NCBI GenBank assembly: GCA_965237955.1
Contig: OZ250169.1
Coordinates: forward strand, 2,528,001-2,592,000
DNA: 64,000 nucleotides
Reading direction: 5' to 3'
From: Candidatus Marinacidobacterales bacterium
GTDB taxonomy: Bacteria; Acidobacteriota; Vicinamibacteria; Marinacidobacterales; SMYC01
The stretch's first letter is position 1, and each line of letters begins with the position of its first letter. Shown piece by piece: positions 31,723-39,514 of the stretch. Position numbers and translations under genes: made by a program. Below the pieces are notes generated by a model. That model was not told where the DNA came from. It did no database searches and worked only from the letters and a program-made list of their open reading frames with translations.

Positions 31723-33473
31723 AGCTCGACTCGGTTGGCGGGGCCCTCCAGCGCCAGCCAGATATTCTTCATCTGGAGATAGGGCGCTCCCAAAGGCGTC
31801 AGCGTGAAGCCGCGGACGTTGGGCCGGAGCAGGTAACGCAGCCGCCCGTAGTGGATGGGCACGATCGGAGAATCGCGCAGGATGATCTCTTCGATGCGAT
31901 GGTAGAGCTCGTTGCGCTTGCTATAGCTCGTCTCCAACCAAACCTGATCGAGGAGATGGTCTACTTCGCTGTTCGAATAGCCGAACTCGTTGAACGCGCC
32001 GTCCGAATGAAAGAGCGGGCGCAGGAAGTTGTCGGGATCGGGGAAGTCGGCAAACCAAGTGTTCTCTCGGAGCACCGCACGATCTTTGAGCTCGGGCGCA
32101 TCGAAATTGATGAACTGTTCAGTCTCGACGAGGCGTACTTGAACTCCGACTTTGGAAAGACAAGCGATGAGGCAGCTGTCGCGGGCCACCGAGCCCGGAT
32201 CGCGAACATAGAACACCGGCAGCTCGAGCGGCGGTAGGCCTTCTCCATTGGGGTAGCCGGCCTCTCGGAGAAGCTCCCGGGCTTTGTCGAGGTTCTGACC
32301 CAAGTGCGATTCCTTCGGAATGAACCCCGGAATACCGGGAGGCACAACGCCGGTCGCGGCCGGGATACCCGCGGTGACACGGTGCGCGTCGAGAAAGGCC
32401 TGTTTGTCGAGCGCGAGATTGATCGCGAGTCGTACTTTTGGATTGTCGTACGGGGGGACATGGTTCGGAAAATAGAGGTAGTGCAGCGCGAGGAACCGAT
32501 CGGCTTCGACCGATACCCAATCGGCGTCGTGCTCGACCTGGTTGATCTCGAGACAGTCGGCCACTTCGTGAAGCGGGCGCGCTTCAACTTCATACTCGGG
32601 CGAGTTCCCAAAGGCGCGGAACACGATCGCGTCGAGATGCGGCCGGCCTTCGAAGTACAGCGAGTTCGCCTCGAAACGGATCCCCTGGCGCACGCCGTCG
32701 ACGCTCGGGACCCCCGGGTCTTCGGAGGGCTCGATCCACCTCGAAAACTGGAACGCACCGGTTCCGATTGGCGCTTTGAAAAACGCGTCTCCTTGCTCGA
32801 GCACCTCGTCCTTGGGAAGGATCTTCGAGGAGTACATGCTGAGAACGGAAAGAGCGGGCACGAACGGGGTCACGAACGTGATGCGAAACCGATTTTCGCT
32901 GAGCGCTTCGAGACCTTTAACGTGTTTAGCTCGACCTTCGTGGAAAGCGGAAGCGCCTTCGATCCGGCTGAAGTAGCTGTAGTTGTGATCGTTTAGTCCC
33001 TGGGTCAGCAACCGCTCGAAGCTGAACGCGCAATCCTCTGCGGTGACTTTGCGTCCGTTGTGAAAGCGGGCGTCGTCACGGAGCTCGAACGTGTACGTCT
33101 TGCCATCGGGAGAGATCTCCCAGAACTTCGCAAGCGCGGGCACGATGTTGAGGTGCTCATCGAACGCGATCAGGCCGTCGTAGAGCTGCTGGATGAGCAT
33201 CACGTCCACAGTGAAAATCGCTTGGGCGGGATCCAGCGTGTACATCGGTCGGAACAGCGGGTATCGAAAGACGCCACCCTGGACCGGCAGCTCGATGAGC
33301 TCGTCCGCTCCGGCGAAGCGGTCGCTCATGGTCCGCTTTTTGACCAAGCGCGTCGCAAACGCGGTGAGAAGGAACAGTGCCAGCAGGGCCAACGGGATCA
33401 ACCATGCGCGTTTGCGACCCAGACGACGCGGAGATCGAGCGTCCTCGGCAGATGGGTCGGTGTTGTCAGTCAT
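31719..33473 (-). CDS. ABC-type substrate-binding protein family 5 (OppA/DppA-like), membrane anchored, orphan
   Basis: TLDPA, LYDGL, P.LAK.WEISPDGKTYTFELR..ARFHNG, PIGTGAF, WFADFPDPDNFL. Confidence 0.9.
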   Translation of the reverse strand: MTDNTDPSAEDARSPRRLGRKRAWLIPLALLALFLLTAFATRLVKKRTMSDRFAGADELIELPVQGGVFRYPLFRPMYTLDPAQAIFTVDVMLIQQLYDGLIAFDEHLNIVPALAKFWEISPDGKTYTFELRDDARFHNGRKVTAEDCAFSFERLLTQGLNDHNYSYFSRIEGASAFHEGRAKHVKGLEALSENRFRITFVTPFVPALSVLSMYSSKILPKDEVLEQGDAFFKAPIGTGAFQFSRWIEPSEDPGVPSVDGVRQGIRFEANSLYFEGRPHLDAIVFRAFGNSPEYEVEARPLHEVADCLEINQVEHDADWVSVEADRFLALHYLYFPNHVPPYDNPKVRLAINLALDKQAFLDAHRVTAGIPAATGVVPPGIPGFIPKESHLGQNLDKARELLREAGYPNGEGLPPLELPVFYVRDPGSVARDSCLIACLSKVGVQVRLVETEQFINFDAPELKDRAVLRENTWFADFPDPDNFLRPLFHSDGAFNEFGYSNSEVDHLLDQVWLETSYSKRNELYHRIEEIILRDSPIVPIHYGRLRYLLRPNVRGFTLTPLGAPYLQMKNIWLALEGPANRVEL

Positions 33474-33504
33474 CGTGGCGCGTCCCTGGGGCGGTGGGCT
33501 CTCC

Positions 33505-33660
33505 TGAGGCCTAGATTAGGGTAACCGCTCTCCAAAACCAAATCTGATCAGGCCCAGGTTCCTGCTTCATAGAGGAGCGTTTCACTTCGGCGTATACCGA
33601 AGCCAGAGCGCTCCTCTCCACAGGCTTGAGGTCGCGCAAGTTCGTGGAGCTCACCGTACG
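33505..33660 (-). ncRNA. putative omegaRNA (reRNA) scaffold with flanking guide
   Basis: gcctgtggagaggagcg...cgctcctctatgaagcaggaa hairpin typical of tnpB right ends; predicted guide ttaccctaatctaggcc. Confidence 0.55.
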
Positions 33661-34111
33661 AAAAAGATTAGCGCTGCGTTCAGGTCTCGATCTCTTTCCG
33701 AACCACACTCCTCGCATCGAAACTGACGCTCTGCCAAAGTCAGGTCTCTATTCAGCACACCGCACTCACAGCACGTTTTCGAAGACGCGAACCAACGGTC
33801 GCACACCTCGACGTGATTGCCGCGAAACTCCGCCTTGTAGTGGAGCTGTCGGCGAAACTCGTGAAAGCCCATGTCCGCAATCGCTCGCGCCAGGCGCCGA
33901 TTCGCCAGCATGCCCTTCACGTTCAGATCCTCGATCGCTATGAGCTGAATTTTGTGGCTGAGCGTCGTTGGGCGTGTGCAGTGCAGCGCTTTCACGGGAT
34001 CCAAAGTATAAGTAAATGTTAGGAGTATGTCAGCAGCTCAGAAATCTGATTAAACTAAACAGATATAAGTAGATAGAAACAGATATCTAGCCTAGCAGCT
34101 GTTACTAGCCC
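33525..34111 (-). mobile_element. non-autonomous IS607-like element remnant (tnpB fragment plus ends)
   Basis: right end ...ttttggagagcGG, AT-rich left end GGctagtaacagc... with AAACAGATAT repeated at 34057 and 34077; no tnpA. Confidence 0.65.
33651..33980 (-). pseudogene. tnpB: TnpB RNA-guided endonuclease, C-terminal fragment
   Basis: IAIEDLNVKGM...AIADMGFHEFRRQLHYKAE...DRWFASSKTCCECG...CEECG..RDRDLNAA. Confidence 0.92.
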
Positions 34112-34128
34112 TAGGCCCCGCGCGAGTT

Positions 34129-34277
34129 GTCCGGCATCCGGCATTCGGCATCCAGCTCAATTTTGGCGCCGTGCCGGTGAAGGACGCGTCGCATAGCAGC
34201 TGGGCGTTGCTCGTTTGTAGGCCGTTGTTTACCGGCATAATGCTGGTGTGAACGGGATGCCGGATGCCGATGCCGAC
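34129..34277. repeat. inverted heptamer-repeat cassette (CGGCATC)n/(GATGCCG)n
   Basis: gtccggcatccggcattcggcatcc ... ggatgccggatgccgatgccgac. Confidence 0.8.
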
Positions 34278-35188
34278 TACAACCGCAGTTTACCGTCTGC
34301 CACTTCCACTGCTTTCCCGCCGACGCGGACTTCGACCGGACCTTTCGCGTCCGTGTCGACTTCCACGTGGATCGAGCTGGGCCGCCCCATCTCGTAGCCC
34401 TGTTCGACGAGGATGTGCGCTGTGGGCTCGGCCTTCACCAGACCGCGACGGACCAGGTAGGCTCCGAGCGCACCCGCGGCGCTCCCGGTCGCGGGGTCTT
34501 CGGTGATGCCCATCGTGGGTGCGAACATCCGTGCATGCACCGTGGACTCGTCGTGCACGCACTCGCGGGTGAAGATCATGAACGAATCCGAGCGCGTGGT
34601 GGCGAGAACTTTTCTCATCGCGACCAGGTCGAGCTCCATCTTGTCCATGTGGCGGAGCGAGCGCGCCGGTACCATCAACTGCGGGACTGCCGTGGAAACG
34701 ACTTGCGCGGGAAGGTCGTCGGGCAGAAGCTGGTCCTCGGACAGCCCGACGGAGTCGGCGAGGAGCTTTCGATCCGTGTATTCGTCGAAGAAACGCGGCG
34801 GAGACTGCGTCATCACCACTTGATCGACTTTACCGTCCTTGACGATGATGTCGACCGGGAGCACACCGGCGCCGCATTCCTGATGGATGCGGTTCGTGCC
34901 TTCCTCGAGAGAGATGATGCCACGCTCCGCGAGAATGAAGCACGTGCCGACGACGGGGTGTCCGGCGAGGGGCAGCTCGGAGCCCGGGGTGAAGATGCGG
35001 AGACGGAACTGGGCTTTCAAGTCGGTGGCGGGTAAAACGAAGGTCGTTTCGGAAAGGTTCATTTCCTTGGCGATGGATTGCATTTCTTCGGAGCTGAGCC
35101 CTTCGGCTTCGGGGAAAATGGCGAGCGGGTTCCCGGTAAAAGGGCGATCGGTGAAGACATCCGCCTGGATGAATTGATACTCCCTCAT
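34277..35188 (-). CDS. PhzF family isomerase
   Basis: DVFTDRPFTGNPLA, EMNLSETTFV, ELPLAGHP, EDPATGSA, EQGYEMGRPS. Confidence 0.93.
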   Translation of the reverse strand: MREYQFIQADVFTDRPFTGNPLAIFPEAEGLSSEEMQSIAKEMNLSETTFVLPATDLKAQFRLRIFTPGSELPLAGHPVVGTCFILAERGIISLEEGTNRIHQECGAGVLPVDIIVKDGKVDQVVMTQSPPRFFDEYTDRKLLADSVGLSEDQLLPDDLPAQVVSTAVPQLMVPARSLRHMDKMELDLVAMRKVLATTRSDSFMIFTRECVHDESTVHARMFAPTMGITEDPATGSAAGALGAYLVRRGLVKAEPTAHILVEQGYEMGRPSSIHVEVDTDAKGPVEVRVGGKAVEVADGKLRL

Positions 35189-35231
35189 AGACGGAAAATA
35201 CTACCTCAAAAATGATGCCTGCGGTGAGTGC

Positions 35232-35579
35232 TTGAAGGAGCACTACTTGCTCAACCACGTGCTCGACCCGTCCCGACCGTTGGTCGTCTGGGGCGCAGGA
35301 CCTGTCGGGAAGCTCTGGGGCCGGAGGCTTTCAACCCGCCACTTCATCGAGGTCGATCCTCGGAAGGTGGGTCAGACGATCGGAGGCGCTAGCGTGATCT
35401 CGAGCGACGAGCTGACGCGCGTCAAGCGCACAGAGCGCTTTTTCGTGATCGTCGCGGTGGCATCGCTCAGCCGCACGCGCGACGCGAGCTCAACCTGGCG
35501 TCCCGCTCGTGACGAGATCCGAGACGAGCTCACTGCCGCCGGGTTCGAAGAGGTTCGCGATTTTGTTTGTGTCGCGTGA
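35232..35579 (+). pseudogene. C-terminal fragment of a GT2-type glycosyltransferase
   Basis: LKEHYL...VWGAGPVGK...FIEVDPRKVG...ARDEIR..L...GFEE..DF.CVA matches the C-terminal domain of a bacterial GT2 group; no catalytic N-terminus. Confidence 0.6.
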
Positions 35580-35623
35580 GCGCATGAACCGGACCCTAAC
35601 CTGCTATCCTCTCGCGCATCCGG

Positions 35624-37285
35624 ATGCGAACGGTAGTCCTCTCCGCCACAGCACTCGTCGCCTACCTGTGGCTGTGCTTCGCCTGGTTCGATCATGACAA
35701 CGACTTCTTTCTCGCATCGACACCACCGATTCTGCCCGCCGCGCTCTTTGTAGTCGCACTTTTGGCGAGAGGGCTTCCTCGCTTCGCACGCGACCACTGG
35801 ATAGCGCTCGGTCTCGCGGTCGCGTCGTTCGGTAGTCGCCTCCCGTTTCTTTGGGGCGCGTACGGCCTGTTCAGCTCCGATGCCTCGGCTCAGGGGTTGA
35901 TGGCGCTCCACATCGTGGAGGGACGACACCACCCGATCTTTCTCTACAACTGGTCGTATGTCGGAAGCATCAAGGCGCACCTCACCGCCGCACTGGCGTG
36001 GGTGAGCGGGGAGCCCGTGATGAGCTTCGCCGCGGCTGCTGCCTTGATCTACGCAGCATTCACGGCGTCGGTCTATCTTCTCGCGCGCACCGTCGCTCCT
36101 CGGGCCGGGGCGCTGGTTGCCGCCGGCTACGTCATCGTCGCCCCCGGGTTTCTCACCGCGTGGGGCATGGGAAACGAAGGCAATTACGTCGACGTCATGC
36201 TGTTCGGCACGCTCATGCTCATGCTCGGAGCGCGCTTCATTAAGGATGAAGGGTCTGGGACGAAGACGGCGTTTTGGATGGGTGTCCTTGGAGGTCTGGC
36301 ATTTTGGACTCACATCCTTGCGACCTACTACCTACTGACCGCGGTCGGCGTCTTGGCGTTCCACCGTTTCGGGCGAGAGGCTTTCAACCGGCTCGCAAGC
36401 TTCGCCGGCGGTTTCATCGTCGGTGATTTTCCCGGAATCCTTTGGAACGCGCGCCATGAGTGGCTGAGTTTCCGCTGGTGGAGCCTCGATGCCGAGACCG
36501 TCGAGGCCTCGGATCGCCTGAGCCGAACCTTCTCGCAGCTAACAGAGGTCGGCACGACGTCGTTCGCGGTGCTGGCGGGATACTGGCCGCCCGAAGCGCC
36601 ACCTTGGCCGAGCGCCCTGTGGCACCTTACGTTGTCGCTTCTCATCCCCGCGGTGTTCGTCTTCTTCGCGTGGAAGCATCGGGCGCGTCTCCGCACGCTT
36701 TCACCCGAGCTCATGCTGGCAGGCTTTTCCGTGCTCGTCGTTCTCGTGTTCGCGCAGAGCAGTTTTGGGTGGATGACGGACGAGCCGCGGTATCTGTTGT
36801 TCCTGTTCTCGGTCGTTCCGGTGTTCCTCGGGACCGCCGTCGTCGCGCTGTGGCGATGGAAGCCGCCGGTGGCGGGCGCCCTCGTTGCCGCCCTCCTGTT
36901 CGTGAACGTGCGCGGGGACGGTCGCTACCTCGCGGTCGCGCTCGAAAGCGACGGCGTCAACCGTGACTTCGTCCAGCAGATCGAAGCGCTTGGGGTTCGC
37001 TACGTGCGCTCCGATTACCATCTTTCTTATAAGTACGTGTTCCTGAGCCACGGGCGCATGGTGTGGACCTCCGAGCTCGGCCCCGCCAAGACCGAGTGGT
37101 ACTACCCATTCCGAGACAAAGTGGCGAACGCCGAGGAAGTCGCACTGGTTCCTAGAAGCTTTCGCTTCGCCCGGCGAATACGGCGCCGACTCGATGCAAG
37201 CGAGATCCGCTACCGGCAGGAGGATCTACTGTATCCGGTGTTGTTCGATTTCAGCGAACCTGTGCGTCTGCCGGATCTACGTTAA
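35624..37285 (+). CDS. ArnT/PMT-like (GT-C) membrane glycosyltransferase
   Basis: many TM helices; SSD...GLMA.HI..G..PIFLY..SYVGS; EPRYLL. Confidence 0.7.
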   Translation: MRTVVLSATALVAYLWLCFAWFDHDNDFFLASTPPILPAALFVVALLARGLPRFARDHWIALGLAVASFGSRLPFLWGAYGLFSSDASAQGLMALHIVEGRHHPIFLYNWSYVGSIKAHLTAALAWVSGEPVMSFAAAAALIYAAFTASVYLLARTVAPRAGALVAAGYVIVAPGFLTAWGMGNEGNYVDVMLFGTLMLMLGARFIKDEGSGTKTAFWMGVLGGLAFWTHILATYYLLTAVGVLAFHRFGREAFNRLASFAGGFIVGDFPGILWNARHEWLSFRWWSLDAETVEASDRLSRTFSQLTEVGTTSFAVLAGYWPPEAPPWPSALWHLTLSLLIPAVFVFFAWKHRARLRTLSPELMLAGFSVLVVLVFAQSSFGWMTDEPRYLLFLFSVVPVFLGTAVVALWRWKPPVAGALVAALLFVNVRGDGRYLAVALESDGVNRDFVQQIEALGVRYVRSDYHLSYKYVFLSHGRMVWTSELGPAKTEWYYPFRDKVANAEEVALVPRSFRFARRIRRRLDASEIRYRQEDLLYPVLFDFSEPVRLPDLR

Positions 37286-37288
37286 TGT

Positions 37289-38449
37289 CTAAGGCCAGAG
37301 CCGGTCGTCCTCCAGGGTTTCGAAGAACCGTTTCAGCGGCCAGACCTCGATGCCGTCGCTCGTCGTCAAGCTCCGCGATCCTCCGTAGAGCAAGATGCGA
37401 CGCACGACCTTGGGGAGCTCTCCGATGGCTCTCAACCCCGACAGCATCGACGTTGAGTATCGGGACCGCGACTTGACCTCGACGGCGACGAAGCGGCGTC
37501 CTCTCTGGAGCAAGAAATCCACCTCGACTTTCGAAGCCTGTGTGGGAGACCAATAGAAGATGCCGTCGTACAGCTCGCGCTCCTCGGCGTAAGCTCGCAA
37601 CAGAGTCAGGACCCATCCCTCGAGGAGCGCTCCACGTTCCTCCGAGAAAACAGGACCGAATTGCTTCTTGACCGCGCGTACCAGACCCGGGTCGACCCAG
37701 TAAAGCTTCGGGTGTTTGCGCTCCCGCACGCGCAGCTTCGCTTCGAACGCGGGAAGCCTGAACGTCAGAAGAGTGTCCTCGAGGATGTCCAGGTATCCGC
37801 CAACCGTGGTTCGTGCCGTTCCCGAGTCGCGGGCGACGGCAGAAACGTTGACCACCTGGCCATGAAAAAGAGCCGCGATGGGAAGGAATCGAAGGAATCC
37901 CGGAAGATTGCGGACCAAAGCCTCGCCGCGGATCTCCTCTTTCAAGTACATCTGAACGTAGGCGTCGAGAACGGTCCGCTTGTCGTCCGCGCACCAGATG
38001 AGCGGGATACTTCCGGAACGGAGCACTGGCTCGAGCGAGAAGTCTTTCCCGAGCTCGGCTGGAACAAAAGGGAACATCTGCCTGCGTACGGCGCGACCGG
38101 CCAGCAGATTCGTTCCTGCCGTCTTCAGCTTGCGGGCACTCGAGCCAAGGAGGGCGAACCGAAGTCTTCGCTCTTCGATGAAACGGTGGACCTCATTGAG
38201 CAGAGACGGGATCCTCTGAACCTCGTCCACGACCACCCAGCTCCCCTTGCGAACCCCTCGAAGCTCCTCCGCGAACAAGGATGGATCCGCCAACAAGCTT
38301 TGGTAGAGGGACTCATCGAGAAGGTCGAACCGATGAGCGCCCTTTAGCTGCTCTCGGGCCCAGGTGCTCTTGCCCACCCCGCGCGGTCCGAAAAGAAAGA
38401 AGCTCTGGCGCGGCGGCATGGCGAGTCGGTCATAAACTGTCTTGTCCAC
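37289..38449 (-). CDS. AAA ATPase with DUF4143 and a PD-(D/E)xK-like C-terminus
   Basis: GPRGVGKST, VDEVQR, LGSSA, PKLYWVDPGL, EVDFLL...AVEVKS. Confidence 0.9.
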   Translation of the reverse strand: MDKTVYDRLAMPPRQSFFLFGPRGVGKSTWAREQLKGAHRFDLLDESLYQSLLADPSLFAEELRGVRKGSWVVVDEVQRIPSLLNEVHRFIEERRLRFALLGSSARKLKTAGTNLLAGRAVRRQMFPFVPAELGKDFSLEPVLRSGSIPLIWCADDKRTVLDAYVQMYLKEEIRGEALVRNLPGFLRFLPIAALFHGQVVNVSAVARDSGTARTTVGGYLDILEDTLLTFRLPAFEAKLRVRERKHPKLYWVDPGLVRAVKKQFGPVFSEERGALLEGWVLTLLRAYAEERELYDGIFYWSPTQASKVEVDFLLQRGRRFVAVEVKSRSRYSTSMLSGLRAIGELPKVVRRILLYGGSRSLTTSDGIEVWPLKRFFETLEDDRLWP

Positions 38450-38453
38450 AGTA

Positions 38454-38480
38454 TCGTCATTTTACCATGAAAAATGACGA
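38454..38480. promoter_or_regulatory. palindromic operator-like site upstream of the AAA/DUF4143 gene
   Basis: TCGTCATTTT-N7-AAAATGACGA perfect 10-bp inverted repeat. Confidence 0.5.
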
Positions 38481-38550
38481 CATACTCTACAGTGATATCG
38501 ACCCGCTAGGGTAAAGTCACTTTTTCCTGCTGATTTTCTTGGCGGGCGTT

Positions 38551-39006
38551 TCACCATTCCAACGAAGTCACAGTTAGAACCGCCGAACCCGGATCATCCG
38601 ATAGGACCGTCGCGTACTTGCCGGGCCAGCGACGGACGAGCTGCGGGCCGTCCATCAGCAGAACAATAACGAGGTTGGGGCCCACTGAGCGGATTACCGT
38701 TCTTAAGGGAAAGGGCACTACAAGCAGGTTGAAACTATCGCTGTTGGGGTCGATCGTGTTCCACATGCGCCAGACTGTTTGAACATCTCCGACTGGTGGC
38801 AACAGAGCGAGGTTGTGCGAAAGCGAACGAAGAGTGCAGCCGACCTGCGGTGTTCTGGTTTTCGGCTGCACACAAACCTCCTGCCGTGGAACCTCGTAGC
38901 AAATGCTGGACGGTAATTCGAGCAGACGGTCTTTGTCCGGTAGATCGTGCTGCTCGAACAGAATATCGGCGAAAGGTCGTTCTTCTTGAGCTCCCACAAA
39001 TCCCAT
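38551..39006 (-). pseudogene. remnant of a larger conserved hypothetical protein (internal deletion suspected)
   Basis: TLRSLSHNLALLP...NLLVVPFP directly joined to VIRSVGPNLVIVLLMDGPQL..RWPGKYATVLSDDPGS; lower GC. Confidence 0.45.
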
Positions 39007-39031
39007 GCCCGTGTCTCTGCGCTTCTCCGTG

Positions 39032-39481
39032 TCAGCTAGCCTGTGAGTCCTGTCCCAGCCTTGTAGCGCGCCCCCGGAGCACGCTTTGGATCTCCGACAG
39101 CGGGTAGAGGCGGCCCCGATCGATACCGTGGCAGAACTGCTTCAGCGCTTGCCACGCTTCGGGTGTTTCGAGGTTCTCGCGCCAGAACGGAAACGTACGG
39201 CACTGGCGTGGCCTCGCGGGATAGACGGTGCAGCCATCGTCCCAGAAAATACAGTCGCCGTTCGGTTTTAGACGCAGCACCGGTTCCCCGTTTTCGTCTT
39301 TCGTGAGAAACCGCTTCTTGAACTCGCGTTGGCCGAGCCCGAGAAACCGGCAAATGCGCTCGATCTGTTGCGGGCTGGCGTAGACCCAGCCGGGCTGCGC
39401 TCCGCGGCAGCAGTTATTGCACTGATGACACGAGAACTGCAGTCCGTCCGCGTGCCACGAAGCTGTTCGCTGCGTTCCCAA
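39032..39481 (-). CDS. YkgJ-family cysteine-cluster protein
   Basis: FSCHQCNNCC...CIF...CTVYPARPRQCRTFPFW. Confidence 0.9.
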   Translation of the reverse strand: MGTQRTASWHADGLQFSCHQCNNCCRGAQPGWVYASPQQIERICRFLGLGQREFKKRFLTKDENGEPVLRLKPNGDCIFWDDGCTVYPARPRQCRTFPFWRENLETPEAWQALKQFCHGIDRGRLYPLSEIQSVLRGRATRLGQDSQAS

Positions 39482-39514
39482 GACGGAACATTATAAAGCT
39501 ATAATCACGGGTTC

